Assembly (NCBI GenBank): GCA_965240325.2
Contig: OZ251250.1
Location: 186,001-250,000 of the forward strand
Direction of reading: 5' to 3'
Origin: Rebecca billardiae RCC1528
Taxonomy: Eukaryota; Protista; Haptophyta
Length of the DNA: 64,000 nt
Shown here piece by piece: positions 12,861 through 24,274 of the stretch; within the stretch, counting starts at the first letter, position 1, and the number at the start of each line of letters is the position of its first letter. A program made the translations under genes and the position numbers. The notes under the pieces were generated by a model. It worked only from the letters and a program-made list of their open reading frames with translations. It was not told the origin of the DNA and did not search any database.

Positions 12861-12956
12861 CAGCAGCAGTTAACTCGCATCGGTCGAGTCATATATGCTG
12901 GTCGTCGTATAGCAGTAGCCTACCTACATACGGTAGTCGCAGTACCGGGACTCTGG

Positions 12957-12988
12957 CTCTCTCTCTCTCTCTCCGTCTCTCTCTCTCT
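12957..12988. repeat. (CT)n microsatellite
   Basis: Direct reading. Confidence 0.9.
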
Positions 12989-13186
12989 ATACTACGCCAT
13001 CGTCATACTATAGCGCGCAGTATATGCTGACGCTGCGCTGTACTATATCTACGCGACTAGTAATCGCGGCGGACTCGTGTCCGTACGTCGGGCGGATCAT
13101 CATCAGAGTATTCGTCGGCCACGGGGCGCGGTCGGTCGATTCACCGTAACCCGGTCGGCGGTGGCCTGGGCCACAGCCTCACAGTA

Positions 13187-13189
<3 letters not shown>

Positions 13190-13250
<61 letters not shown>
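13190..13250. repeat. (TA)n microsatellite abutting a TIR
   Basis: Direct reading. Confidence 0.95.
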
Positions 13251-16171
13251 CTGCGTTCCTGAGCCGCAGCGCCAGAATTACGCGAGATCAGAGAACCTTT
13301 CTTTCCTCCCACGCGCGCCATTGGTCGAGACGTCGCTGAAGGGGGCCGAAAGTTGAGCAGCGGGTAACCTTTTGTTAATCACGTGAGTAAGTCTCGCCGT
13401 AGTGGGCCCAAAATTGCAACCTATGACTTTCGCTTGATCGTCCGATCTCTCGAACATCTGCCCCGAAGCGTCGCTTTTGTGAGGATACACAGCAGCATCT
13501 CTCCATCGGTTGATCCTGCAGGCCCTCAACGCTCCTAGACCCTTCGTCGGCGGACGATCTACGAGTGGCGACAGGCGACGCCTCCCCGGCACACTAGTAC
13601 GAGGTCGATGGCGAACAAACGCTCGTGCACGGACTAGGGGATGTTTGAGTGCGCGTAGCCTCGCTCGATACGACTGCGGGCAGGCGCGGCCGACGCAGTC
13701 CCGGCAGCTCCTGTTGTTTCTGCCTGCCACGCCTGCGCCGTTCATCATCCATGCCGCGCGTGGCCCGACAACTTGCCAGCGCCGCCGACAAGTTGGTGAT
13801 CGAAGGGCGCGATTTGAAGGTTCAGCCACCACTCAGGTGGGCATCCCGGGCCCACGTTGAGTTGTCTTCGATGCTGCCCACCGCGCTGCTCTCGACAGCC
13901 TGCGTGCCCTCGTGACAGCGCGCGCGTCCCGGCAGCTGCACGGTGCGGCATGTCGGCATGGCTTGCTCAGTCGCTCTTCACCTCTGCAGTGCAGAGGATG
14001 GGCCACAGCGATTACAGCGATATTGCGGTCGGTGGCAACGAGCATACTTCTCATGACCGCCGCCGCCGCGTGCCGCAGCTACCCGCCACCGGACGTGCTG
14101 CATCACACGTCGATGCTCATGGCTCATTAGACAGGATCTCACGCTCATCTGTGGGCACCGTTGTACGTGCGGCATGGCAAAGCCCTACTGACTTGGATGT
14201 GTGGATGCGTCGGCATGGCGGCAGTCGTCAGTGGCAGTGCTTGGCTCTGTGTCGCAGACGTGGCGCGGCGCCTGGCGCAGTCACGACGCACTCGTTGACC
14301 GGGCCACGCGCTGTCTCGGACACTGGACGGCGCGGCTCCGAGCAACACTCGCTCGCCGCTGGGCCTGGGCCTGCCGGCCCACAGGGCCTGGGCCGCCTCT
14401 GCCCACGCCGAGGCCTGGCCTAAGACGGTAAGACCCCGGGTCACATAGCACGACGGCTCAGTGCCGCTGCCCTCTGGACCAGTGGCGGTGCTGCTCTGCC
14501 GGCTCGGGGCGACCCGCTCGCGCCGCGGGCCGTGGCAGCGCTCATCGACTCAAACGTGCCGCCGACTCGCGCTCAGCTTCATGGCTGACGGGCTGCGCGA
14601 AGCGTCGGCGCTACCGAGAACAGTCGTGCGCCCTACCCTCTATGCGCCTGCGATCATACAGACTCCGAAGCAGCGCCAGACATGGACGGTGGGCGGTCTC
14701 AGCGCCGCGGCGGCACCGCGGGGCACGCAGCGCATCGGTGCGCGCCCGGTCATGCATCACCGCGAGCCGCAGAGTCTGAGCCCGAGGAGGCGGAGGACGG
14801 CCGGACTCCGGTGGCGCCGCTGGAATGTCACATGTGGTGCGGTTCATCGGAGTCAGGATATTCGATCACAGACACGGTCGTCACTACGGTACAGTCGTCA
14901 TCATGCATTTAGCGCAGCATGCCGCGTATAGCGTGACTCACCTTATTGGGTCCGCGTGCTGACTGCTGCATCATCATCAGTATATTCAGCCGTGCATAAT
15001 GGCAATGCTGTCAAGTGTCAGCATCAGCTGCGCGCGCACGGACAGACGGTCAACGGAACCTTAGCCGCGTGCCCGTTGGTGAATAGTGCGGACGGTCCGC
15101 AGTATCGAGTGATGAGCAGTAGTCTTATAAAGCCCCGCGGCCCGGGGCCGGTACGTACCGAGGCTCCGTAGTAGTGAGACCGTAGTAAATGTTGCAGTGA
15201 CTGGGCCCGGCGGGCGTGCGCCGGCAACACGCCGACGGCTGACCCGGCTACGCCTCCAGTCTGAGTCGCAGATTACGGGCGCCCGCGCACTGGCAGCGGT
15301 CGAGCCGACTGGATTGTCAGAGTTAGTCAGCGAGTCGAGCCGCGGGCGCCGGCCAAGGCGGTACGGCCTACGGGCGGTACAGGCATTGCGTGCGCTCGCG
15401 TGCAGCCCCCGGAGCCAGCCTGGGGCTCCGAAGGTGTGCTTGCAGCTGGTGCGTGACCTTACGAGTACTGCACACCGCTTGTTGACACTGCACGCCAAGC
15501 CGATCGAAGGCACAACGTGAGGATGTGAACTGGCGGCAGCTTTCTGCGGATCTAGGCCGTGACCTCTGTAGGCGCGTGGGCACAGAGTGTCCGACGGCGA
15601 GGAAAGAGCTCGAGTGGCCGCTATCGGGGCCGAATAGGAAACGTGCGACTCGCCGTACATCGCACGCCGACTGCTGGCAGGCTCGCCCCCCCCGCCCGCA
15701 CCTGCACGATCAGCGTCAGGAGCAATGATTGCGGAGTGCGCATTAGCCGCAGAAGGGGACCAGGTGCGCACGCGCGTGTGCAAGCAAAGGGCGACGCCCA
15801 ATGTGGACCTACGAAGGTGTGCACGCGGCTGACACTGAGCGCTGATGTCCCTGGACCCGCGCGAGAGCTCCTCAGCCACGCCAGCAATGTCGCAGAGACT
15901 CTCTGGCGGCCTGGCCTGGCCGGGCTGCGTTCGAAGCCCTGCCGCCCGCCGCCGACGACCGGCGACAAAACACTCTCGTCTTGGCCTCTTGAACCCTCGG
16001 TGGCAATCTCTCGCGATCTGCCTCGCCCGCATAGCACGGCTTTGGGCTCGTTCGCTCATCAATCGAAGACCGCCAACCGATGCGGGTGCGCTGAAAATGC
16101 GATTCTTCGTATGTGAACAATTCCGCGGCTTTATTCTCGCGTAATTCTGGCGCTGGGGCTCAGGAACGCAG
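13251..16171. mobile_element. TIR element of unassigned family, 2.9 kb, 37-bp TIRs
   Basis: CTGCGTTCCTGAGCCGCAGCGCCAGAATTACGCGAGA (13251-13287) matches the reverse complement of 16135-16171 with one mismatch. No intact internal ORF recognised and no matching target duplication. Confidence 0.8.
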
Positions 16172-16260
16172 CGTCGCGTCGACGCCAGACGGTGCGTCGA
16201 GCTTCCGCTCGGCGATGGAGTGATGGGCGACTATGAGGGGGGGGACGACGGCGAGGAGCG

Positions 16261-16610
<350 letters not shown>

Positions 16611-16613
<3 letters not shown>

Positions 16614-18465
16614 TGGGCGGGTCTCACTGGGGGACCTGCAAAACAACGGACCGGAGTTTTGGCGAAGCTTCGGCGGTTGCGCGGCGGACGGCGGCGGCGG
16701 CTTCGAAGCCGCCCCCACGAGGAGGCGCGGGCGCTGTGGCGCGAGGCGAATGCAAGTCCGCCGCGTGAGCCGGCGGGGAAGTGAGCACCACGAGTTGTGA
16801 GGCGAACCTGGGCGATTGCGGACGCGCGCAAGCTCAAGGCGCCGCCGAATCGTGGCGACTGGCTCCACGACCAGAGGCACAAGCCGGGTGCCCGCGCTGG
16901 TGCGCGCTCGCGCGGCGCGCCGACCGTGCGTCCGCGGGGTGCAAAATCGGGCACGGTGGTTCCGCACGAGTTTCAATGAGCAACGCGTTCCAGAAGTTCC
17001 GCTTGAAAACGCCCGCCGGAAGCGCGGTCACCATACCTGACATCTGCTGCGGCGCCCCTCGCGTCGACATCGTGCGGCGCGGCCACCGACTCCGCGCCCG
17101 CGCGCAGAATGGGAGGGGCTGGTGCAGGAGCAGATGCAGGACTCGGACGCCGAGGAGAAGTCGAGCGCCACGTTCCGCACCCACCGCTACGCATACGGCG
17201 CTCCTGGGCGAAGACTGCCACTGTGCGGGTGGGCTGTCTCTTCGCGAGCTCTCAGCGTGGAGTCAGCGATCAAGCTGAGGTTGCAGCGCGGCAACATCGT
17301 GCAGGGTGGGCGGGTACCGACGCCGCGCTTCGCACGCCGTCTGCGACGGCATCAAACGCCGCGACCACCGCGGCGCCCGGCCAGCGTGGCAGCATCGGGC
17401 CTGCTGACGGCGGGCGTGACGGTCGGGCGCGGGCGCGGTGGCATCCCGGGGCGCGGGGGCGAGTGCAGCAGCGGACGCGGTGGCGGGCGCGGCTGCTGGC
17501 AGAGCGCATCTCGCGACGAGGAGTCACTCGGCGCGCACGTCACGCCGCGCGCGATATCGATTCGTCGCCCGGCGAGCGCGGCAGCACCGGGCCTGCTGAA
17601 TGCGGGCGTGACAGCCGGGCGGGCGCCGCAGCGGTTGGGCGCTGCGCCTGCCGCGCTGGCGCGGCACTGTAGCCGGGGCGGCGCGGTGGCTAAGACGCCG
17701 CGGCGGCGGACGCCGCGGCGGCCGGCGCGACGGCGGGTGGAGCGCATCTCGCGACGAGGAGTTACTCGCCGCGCACGTCACGCTGCGCGCATCTTCGAGG
17801 GGTCGCCCGGCGAGTGCGGCAGCACCGGGCCGGCTGATGGCGCAGCGACGGCGGTCGCGGCGGCGGCAGCCGGCGCGGCGGCCGCAGCGGCGGCCGGCTC
17901 GGCAGCGGCGGGCGCTGCGGCGGGCGGTGCGCATCTCGCCACAAGAAGACGTTCGGTGCGAACTTCACGCCGCGCACACCATCGAGCGGGGTCTGCGGTG
18001 CTGCTTCGGCGAGCGCGTCAGCTGCACCTCCGGCCGAGCGACGAGTCGACGCAAACGACAACGCGCGACGCATCGAGCTGTTCCGAGCAGTGCCATTCAC
18101 ATTGGCGCTAGTGGCAGCGGTGGGCTGTACACGCTGACGACGCAGCGAGGCGTGAGGTGGTGGTCCACGCCACCGTCGTACCGCGTCGCCTCGCGCACCC
18201 CGAGCGCGCGCGACGAGCTGTACGGGCTCGGAAGCTGACAGCATCCCCGCGCCCGGCGCCGCGACCGCGACCCCGCGCAGGCCAGGGGCCCTCCCGGAGA
18301 GCTGATTTTCGTCCGCGCGCTTTGCTGAAGTCGCGCTGGTGAGCTCAGACGCCGGCGCATACCCCGCCGGCGCTAGTCTGTCGCACCCCGTTTGTTCCGA
18401 GTCGCTGAGACCGCGCCGATCGTCAGATAGTTTTGAATTTCTGCTCCGCCAGTGGGACCAGCCCA

Positions 18466-18468
<3 letters not shown>
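16611..18468. mobile_element. TIR element with hairpin-shaped ends, 1.86 kb, inserted in (TA)n
   Basis: Left end CAGTGGGCGGGTCTCACTGG; right end reverse complement CAGTGGGCTGGTCCCACTGG; (TA)n on both flanks. Internal imperfect repeats (GCGCATCTCGCGACGAGGAG.. at ~17504 and ~17742). Confidence 0.8.
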
Positions 18469-18516
<48 letters not shown>

Positions 18517-18732
18517 CTATATCCGCGCGATAGTCGCGTTGCTGCGTGCTGCTGGCATCATGATCATGCATATGATATATGCGCGCGTCCGCGCCGGGGT
18601 GGGTTACCAATATTTTGCCATAAACTTATTATTCGCCGAAAGTTTGCCAGCCGGGCCGGGCCGCCCGGCGCGCGCACAGGGCGTGCGCGCACCGCCCACA
18701 CCCACGCGGCCCGGCCCCGCGGCCCCGCCGCC

Positions 18733-19776
18733 CTACGGCTGCCAGCTCATCTGCAGCAGCCCCGCCGCCGCGAGCTTCTGCAGCTTGGCCGCCATGGCCG
18801 GGCTGCGGAGCAGCGGGTCGACCGGCCGCGTGTCGCGCGCCTGCACCGCCTGCAGCACGCGCTGGACGTCCGGGTCCTCCAGGACGGCGCGGAGGTCCGG
18901 GTCGGCGAGCGCCTTGTGCGCGAGCTCCTCCGCCTCGCGCTCCGCCGCCGGCACGATGTCCGCGCCGCCGCCCTCGGCGCGCAGCCGCACGCCGCCGCCG
19001 CCGCCGGGCGCGGCGGCAGCGCCGCCGCCGCCGCGCGCCGGCGGCTTCGCGCCGGCGCCGCCCTGGCCCTGCGCCTCGCCGAGCGCGCCAAAGTGGGAGC
19101 CCATCAGCCCCATGAAGCGCAGCAAAAAGTCCTGCAGCGCCGCGTCGCCCTTGTACTTCGCCATGGCGCCCTGCGGGTCTTTCTGCACCTCCGCCATCGC
19201 CTGGGTAAATCTGGGGTTCGTCAATCCGGCGCTGAGCACCGGATCGCGCTGCAGCTTGGAGAGCAGGTCGTCGGTGACCCACTCGGAGGACGTGCCTGAG
19301 AGCTTCGGCGCCGACTCGCGCAGCGCCTCCTGCACCTCGTCCAGCCTCAGTCCGGCCAGCTTCGCCTCAGCCGCCGCGGCCGCGCCGCCGCCGCCGGGGC
19401 CGCCGCCGCCCGCGGGCGGCTGCTTGGGTCGGATGACCTCGAGCGGCTCGGCGGGCGCGGGCGCGGGCGCGGCGCGCGGCTTGCGCGGCTTGGGCGCCGG
19501 CGCGTTGAGGAAGCCCTTCTTCAGGCCGCCCATACCGCCGCCGCCCCCGGCGCCCGAAGCGCCGGGCTTGGCGGCGGGCGCTCGCGCGCGCGCTGCAGAG
19601 CTCGGCGGCGGCTGGTCGCCCTCGAGCGGCGGCGGCGGGTCGACGACGCGCGGCGGGCGCACGGGCTTCGCCGGCTCGAGCGGTGGCGGCGCCTCGTCGT
19701 CCGCGTCGTCCTCGCCCTCGAGCGGCGGCGGGGGCTCGTCGTCCATCATGGCGGTTGGCATCTGCCCGCCGCTCAT
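18733..19776 (-). CDS. STI1/DP-motif co-chaperone-like protein
   Basis: GLKKGFL, then WVTDDLLSKLQRDPVLSAGLTNPRFTQAMAEVQKDPQGAMAKY and ALADPDLRAVLEDPDVQRVL..AAKLQKLAAAGLL (STI1-type DP helical repeats). Confidence 0.75.
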   Translation of the reverse strand: MSGGQMPTAMMDDEPPPPLEGEDDADDEAPPPLEPAKPVRPPRVVDPPPPLEGDQPPPSSAARARAPAAKPGASGAGGGGGMGGLKKGFLNAPAPKPRKPRAAPAPAPAEPLEVIRPKQPPAGGGGPGGGGAAAAAEAKLAGLRLDEVQEALRESAPKLSGTSSEWVTDDLLSKLQRDPVLSAGLTNPRFTQAMAEVQKDPQGAMAKYKGDAALQDFLLRFMGLMGSHFGALGEAQGQGGAGAKPPARGGGGAAAAPGGGGGVRLRAEGGGADIVPAAEREAEELAHKALADPDLRAVLEDPDVQRVLQAVQARDTRPVDPLLRSPAMAAKLQKLAAAGLLQMSWQP

Positions 19777-19904
19777 GTCAAGCAAGCGCCCGCTGCGGCC
19801 AAGGACTGAGGACCCCCGCGCCCGCCCGTTGGAGGTCTGCACAGTGCACACGGCGCCCGGACTCTGTTCATCGAGTTTTGCCGGTCAGGCGAGACCTCGG
19901 AAGC

Positions 19905-21371
19905 ATGGCGTTCGCGCACGCCGTGGCCGAGCGCGTGGGGGCGCCGGGCGAGGCGGTGACGGCGCTCGCGTTCAACGCGCGCACGTCGGTGCTCGCGGTC
20001 GCCTCGAGCGCGACAATTGCGCTCTGGTGCGGCCGTGAGTCCGGCCAGCTGCTCGCCACCTCGCCGCGCGCCGCGCGCGCGGCCGAGCGCGCGCCGCGCG
20101 TGGCCGCAGCCGCGTCTTCGCCGCCGCCGCCGCTGCCGGCGGCGGCCGCGCATGGCGAGGAATGGCTGGTGTGGCGGCCGGACGGGCGGATGCTCGCGCT
20201 CCTCCAACGCCGCTGTGTCACCGTGTACGCCGTGCGCGCGCGCGCCTCCACGCCCGCCGACGACGGCGCGGCCGCGGGCATGACTGCAGTCGAGCGCGCT
20301 CTTCACGGGGAGGGCGGCGCGGCGGCGGGCGGCGGTGGCGGCGGTGGGCGGCGGGCCGCGCCGCGCGAGCGGCCGCCCGGCGTGCACCAGCTGCGCGAGG
20401 TCCGGCTGCACGGCCCCGGACTCGTCCGCGCCGTGGCGGACGCTTTTACCCTGCTAGTGACGACGGAGGATGGCGCTTTGACGAAACTGGAGTGGGCGCA
20501 GCCGCGGCCGCCGCCGCCGCGCCCGCCGACGGCGGGGAGCAAGGGCGCGCCGCGTGGGCCGCCGCCGCCGCCGCCGCCACGCCTGCTGCTCCGCACGCCC
20601 GCGCACGCGGCGCCGCCCGCCCGAGACCCTTCCGCCGGCACCGGCGCGCCGCCTCTGCCTCTGGCGCTCGAGCTCGCGCCGGCGCCGGCGGGAAGTTTCC
20701 ACGAAACTTCGGGCGGCGGCGGCGCCGCCGCGGTGGCGGGCGCGGCGGCGTGCTCGCCGCCGCCTGCGCCGCCGCCGCCCGCGCCACCGCCGCCACGGCC
20801 GCGCCCCGTGCCCGGCCGCGCGCGGCGGCCGAGTGGCGGGAAGTTTCCACGAAACTTCGGCTGCGGCGCGCCGCCGCTTGCAACGCAGCACTCGGCGCCG
20901 CCGCACGCGTCGCCGCGCGGCGCGGGCGCGAGCGCGGCGGCGGGCGCGGCGGCGGACGGCGCTCGGCCGGGCGACGAGCAGCCCGTCGCCGCCGCACGCG
21001 CCGACGCGGCCGAGCCCCGCCCGGACCACCCGGACCACCGCCCGGACTGTCCGGACCGCCGCCCGGACTTGCCCAGCCCGAGGCGGCAGCAGTCGCTGCC
21101 GGCGAGGCGCGTGCCGTGGCCAGGGCTGCTCCTCAGCGATGGCGGCGGGGGCGGCGGTGGCTGCAGCGCGGACGCCGGCGAGGAGGCGGCGGGCGGCGGG
21201 GCGGGGCGGGCCGCCGCACCGTTCCGCGTGACGCGCCTGCGACCAGACGCGCCGCCGCCGCGCGAGATTGCAATCTCGCAGGAGGGCTCGACGCGCGAGG
21301 GCGCGGCCCCGCGCGCGGAGGGCGCGGCGCCGCCCTGTGCCACGCCCGAGCGCGCACGCGGCGGCGCGCCC

Positions 21372-21406
<35 letters not shown>

Positions 21407-21803
21407 CGCCTCGCGAGATTGCAATCTCGCCGCCGCCGCCGCTCCCGAATGGCGGGCGGCCGAGCTGGCATGGTGCGCGCAGCTGGGCGTTCTCGCGGTG
21501 GCGGTGTGGCGCGGCGGCGAGATTGCAATCTCGCGAGGCGGCGGCGTGGGCGAGGCTGTGGGCGTCGCGCTGGCGTGCGCGCCTCCGCGCCGCGCGCGCG
21601 GCGGCCGAGATTGCAATCTCGCGCCCGGCGCGCAGCCGCGCCGCGCGCGGCTTGCGGACGCGCTTGGCGGCGGCGCCGCCGCGAAGGGCGCGCGGGCGGC
21701 GGGCGCGGGCGACGGTGCGGGTGCGGGCGGCGGGCCGCTAGTAACGCTCCTCCACCGCCCGCGCGCCCTCCGAGATTGCAATCTCGCGCCCGGCGGCCCC
21801 GCC

Positions 21804-21867
<64 letters not shown>

Positions 21868-23174
21868 GCCCGGCGGCCGCCGCCGAGCCGCCGCCGCCGC
21901 TGCCGCCGCCGCCCGCGCGCGAGGGCGCCGCACTCGCGCTCTGCGCGGCGCGCGCGCGGCTGGCCGTGGCATACGGCGCCGGTCCCAAAGTGCATGTGTA
22001 CGCGCTCGACGTGGGTAGTGCCGAGCAGCTGAGCACGCGTGCGCGCGCGCTCGGCGCGGCGGCGGCGGCGGCGGCGGGCGGCGCGGCGGCGGGCGGCGCG
22101 GCGGCGGCGAGCGGCGCGCCGTGCGCGGCGGCCGAGGCGGCCGCGCGCGGGGCCGTGCGCGCGCGCCGCGTCGCGACGATCGATCTCGGCGCAATCTCGC
22201 TCCATCTCGCCCCGAGCTCGGCGGCCGCGCGCGGCGGCGGCGGCGGTGGCGTGTGCTGGCTCGGCTGGCGGCCCGGCGGCGGCGGTGACGCCCTGGGCGT
22301 ATGCACGCGCGCGCCGCCCGCGCCGCGGCTGCTTGTGCTCGGCGCCGCGTCGGCCGGCGGCGAGCTCACCGCGGCCGTCCCGATCCGCGCCGCGCTCGGC
22401 GCGCGCGCGCGGCGCGCCGCGCTCGGCGCCGCGCCCGCGGTGGCGTGGGGAAAGGGCGGCGCATCATTGTGCGCCTCCGCGGGCTCGCCCGGCGGTTACG
22501 CCGGCGGTTACGCCGGCGGGTACGACGGGTACGCCGACGTGGCGCTGTGGGCGCCGGTCGCGGCGTGCGGTCGGCACACGGCCAGCTGGGGCGGCGCGGC
22601 GGTGGCGCCGGCGGCGGCGCCGGGCGGCGAGGGCGGCGCGCCGCGGCCGCGCGCCGCCTCCGTCGCCGCCGCCACCGCCGCCGAGGCGGGCGCGCGCGCG
22701 CACGCGCGCGCTCACGCCTCCGCCGTGCACCGCTGCGCGCGCGCGCGCGCGCCCGCGCCTCACGGCGCGCCGCCCGACGGGCCGAATCTGCATGGCGCGC
22801 CCCACGGGCCGAATCTGCATGGCGCGCCCCACGGGCCGAATCTGCATGGCGCGGAAGGCTGGCTGTGCGGGGGGCGGCCGGCGGCGGCGGCGGCGGCGCC
22901 GTCATCGGCGGCGCCGGCGGCGCGCGCTCTGCGCCGCAGCGAGGCGGGCGGCGGCGGCGGCGGCGCGCTGAGCGCGCGTCCGCTCGCCATGCTCGCCGCG
23001 GACCGCACCGTCCTGCTGCTGCACGCCGGCGGGCCGAAACTGCATGGCGGCGGCGGCGCGGCGCGGGGCGCGCCGCCGCCGCGCTGGGTGCCGCTCAGCG
23101 TGCCTCGCGAGTTCTGCTGCACGCGCCTCCTCCGCACACCGGCGGCGGCGGCTGGCGGCGGCGGCGCGGGCCGC

Positions 23175-23206
<32 letters not shown>

Positions 23207-23828
23207 CGCGCACCGCCGGAGCGAGCCGCCGTTACACTCGCCGTTACGCGCGCCGCCGTGTAACGGGCCGTTACGCGACGGCCCGCCGTGTAACGGGCCG
23301 GTGCGCGCCGCCGCGCTTAGCGAGGGCGGCACGCACCTCGCAGTGGCCTCTGACCACGGCCTCGCGACGTGCGCGCTGCGCGCCGCGCGCTGGCGGCTGT
23401 GCGCGCGCCCGGCGGACGATGCGAAATTGCATGCGCGCGCGCTCGGCTGGCTCGGGCCCGAGGTGGTGCTTGCGGTGTGCTCGGAGGGAGATTGCAATCT
23501 CGGCCCGGGCGTGCTCTGCGCGTTCGCGCGCACCGAGCCCTCCGCCGCCGACGCGCTGTGCGTGCTGCGCCTGCCCGGCGGCGGCGGAGTCGGCGGCGTC
23601 GGCGACGGTGGCGGCGGCGACGGTGGCGGCGGCGATGGCGGCGGTTGCGGCGGCGGCGCGCACGCAGATGTTGCGGACGGCGACGGAGGCGGCGATGGCG
23701 TGGAGGAGGAGGGCGAGGAGGGGGAGGAGGCGCGCTGCTGGGGTCTCCACGTGCACCGGCTCGCTGCCGGCGTCGAGGCGAGCGGCGGCGTGGGCGGCGG
23801 CGTCGGCGTCTCAAGCGATGGCGGCGGT

Positions 23829-23861
<33 letters not shown>

Positions 23862-24241
23862 GGCGGCGGCGGCGGCAGCGGCGGCGGCGGCGGCGGCGGC
23901 GGCGGCTGCGAGCTGCTGTGCGGCACAACGAGCCGCGTGCGCGCGGACGGCGGCGCGGAGGCCCTGCCGCCCGGCCCCGTGCGCCCCGCGCTCCCCGCGC
24001 CCCCCACCGCCTTCGTCGTCACCCTCGGGATCGGCCCATGCGTTTTCGTGGTGCTAGCAACTGTCTGGGCGGCGGCGGCGGCAGCGGCTCACAGCGGCGG
24101 TGGCGGCGGCGACGACGGTGGTGGCGGCTTCGGCGGCGGTGGCGGGCGTGGGGGCGCGGACGGGGCTGGCGCGCGCGACGGCGGCGCGGGCGCCGCGGCG
24201 CGAGCCGGCGCGGGCGGCACCGGCTTCTGGGGGGCCCTCTT

Positions 24242-24274
<33 letters not shown>

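Noticed and set aside
21264-21785. CRISPR-like array of palindromic repeats
   Set aside because: Repeats are only 14-16 bp, spacing is irregular (88-165 bp), they lie in a eukaryotic ORF, and no cas genes are present.
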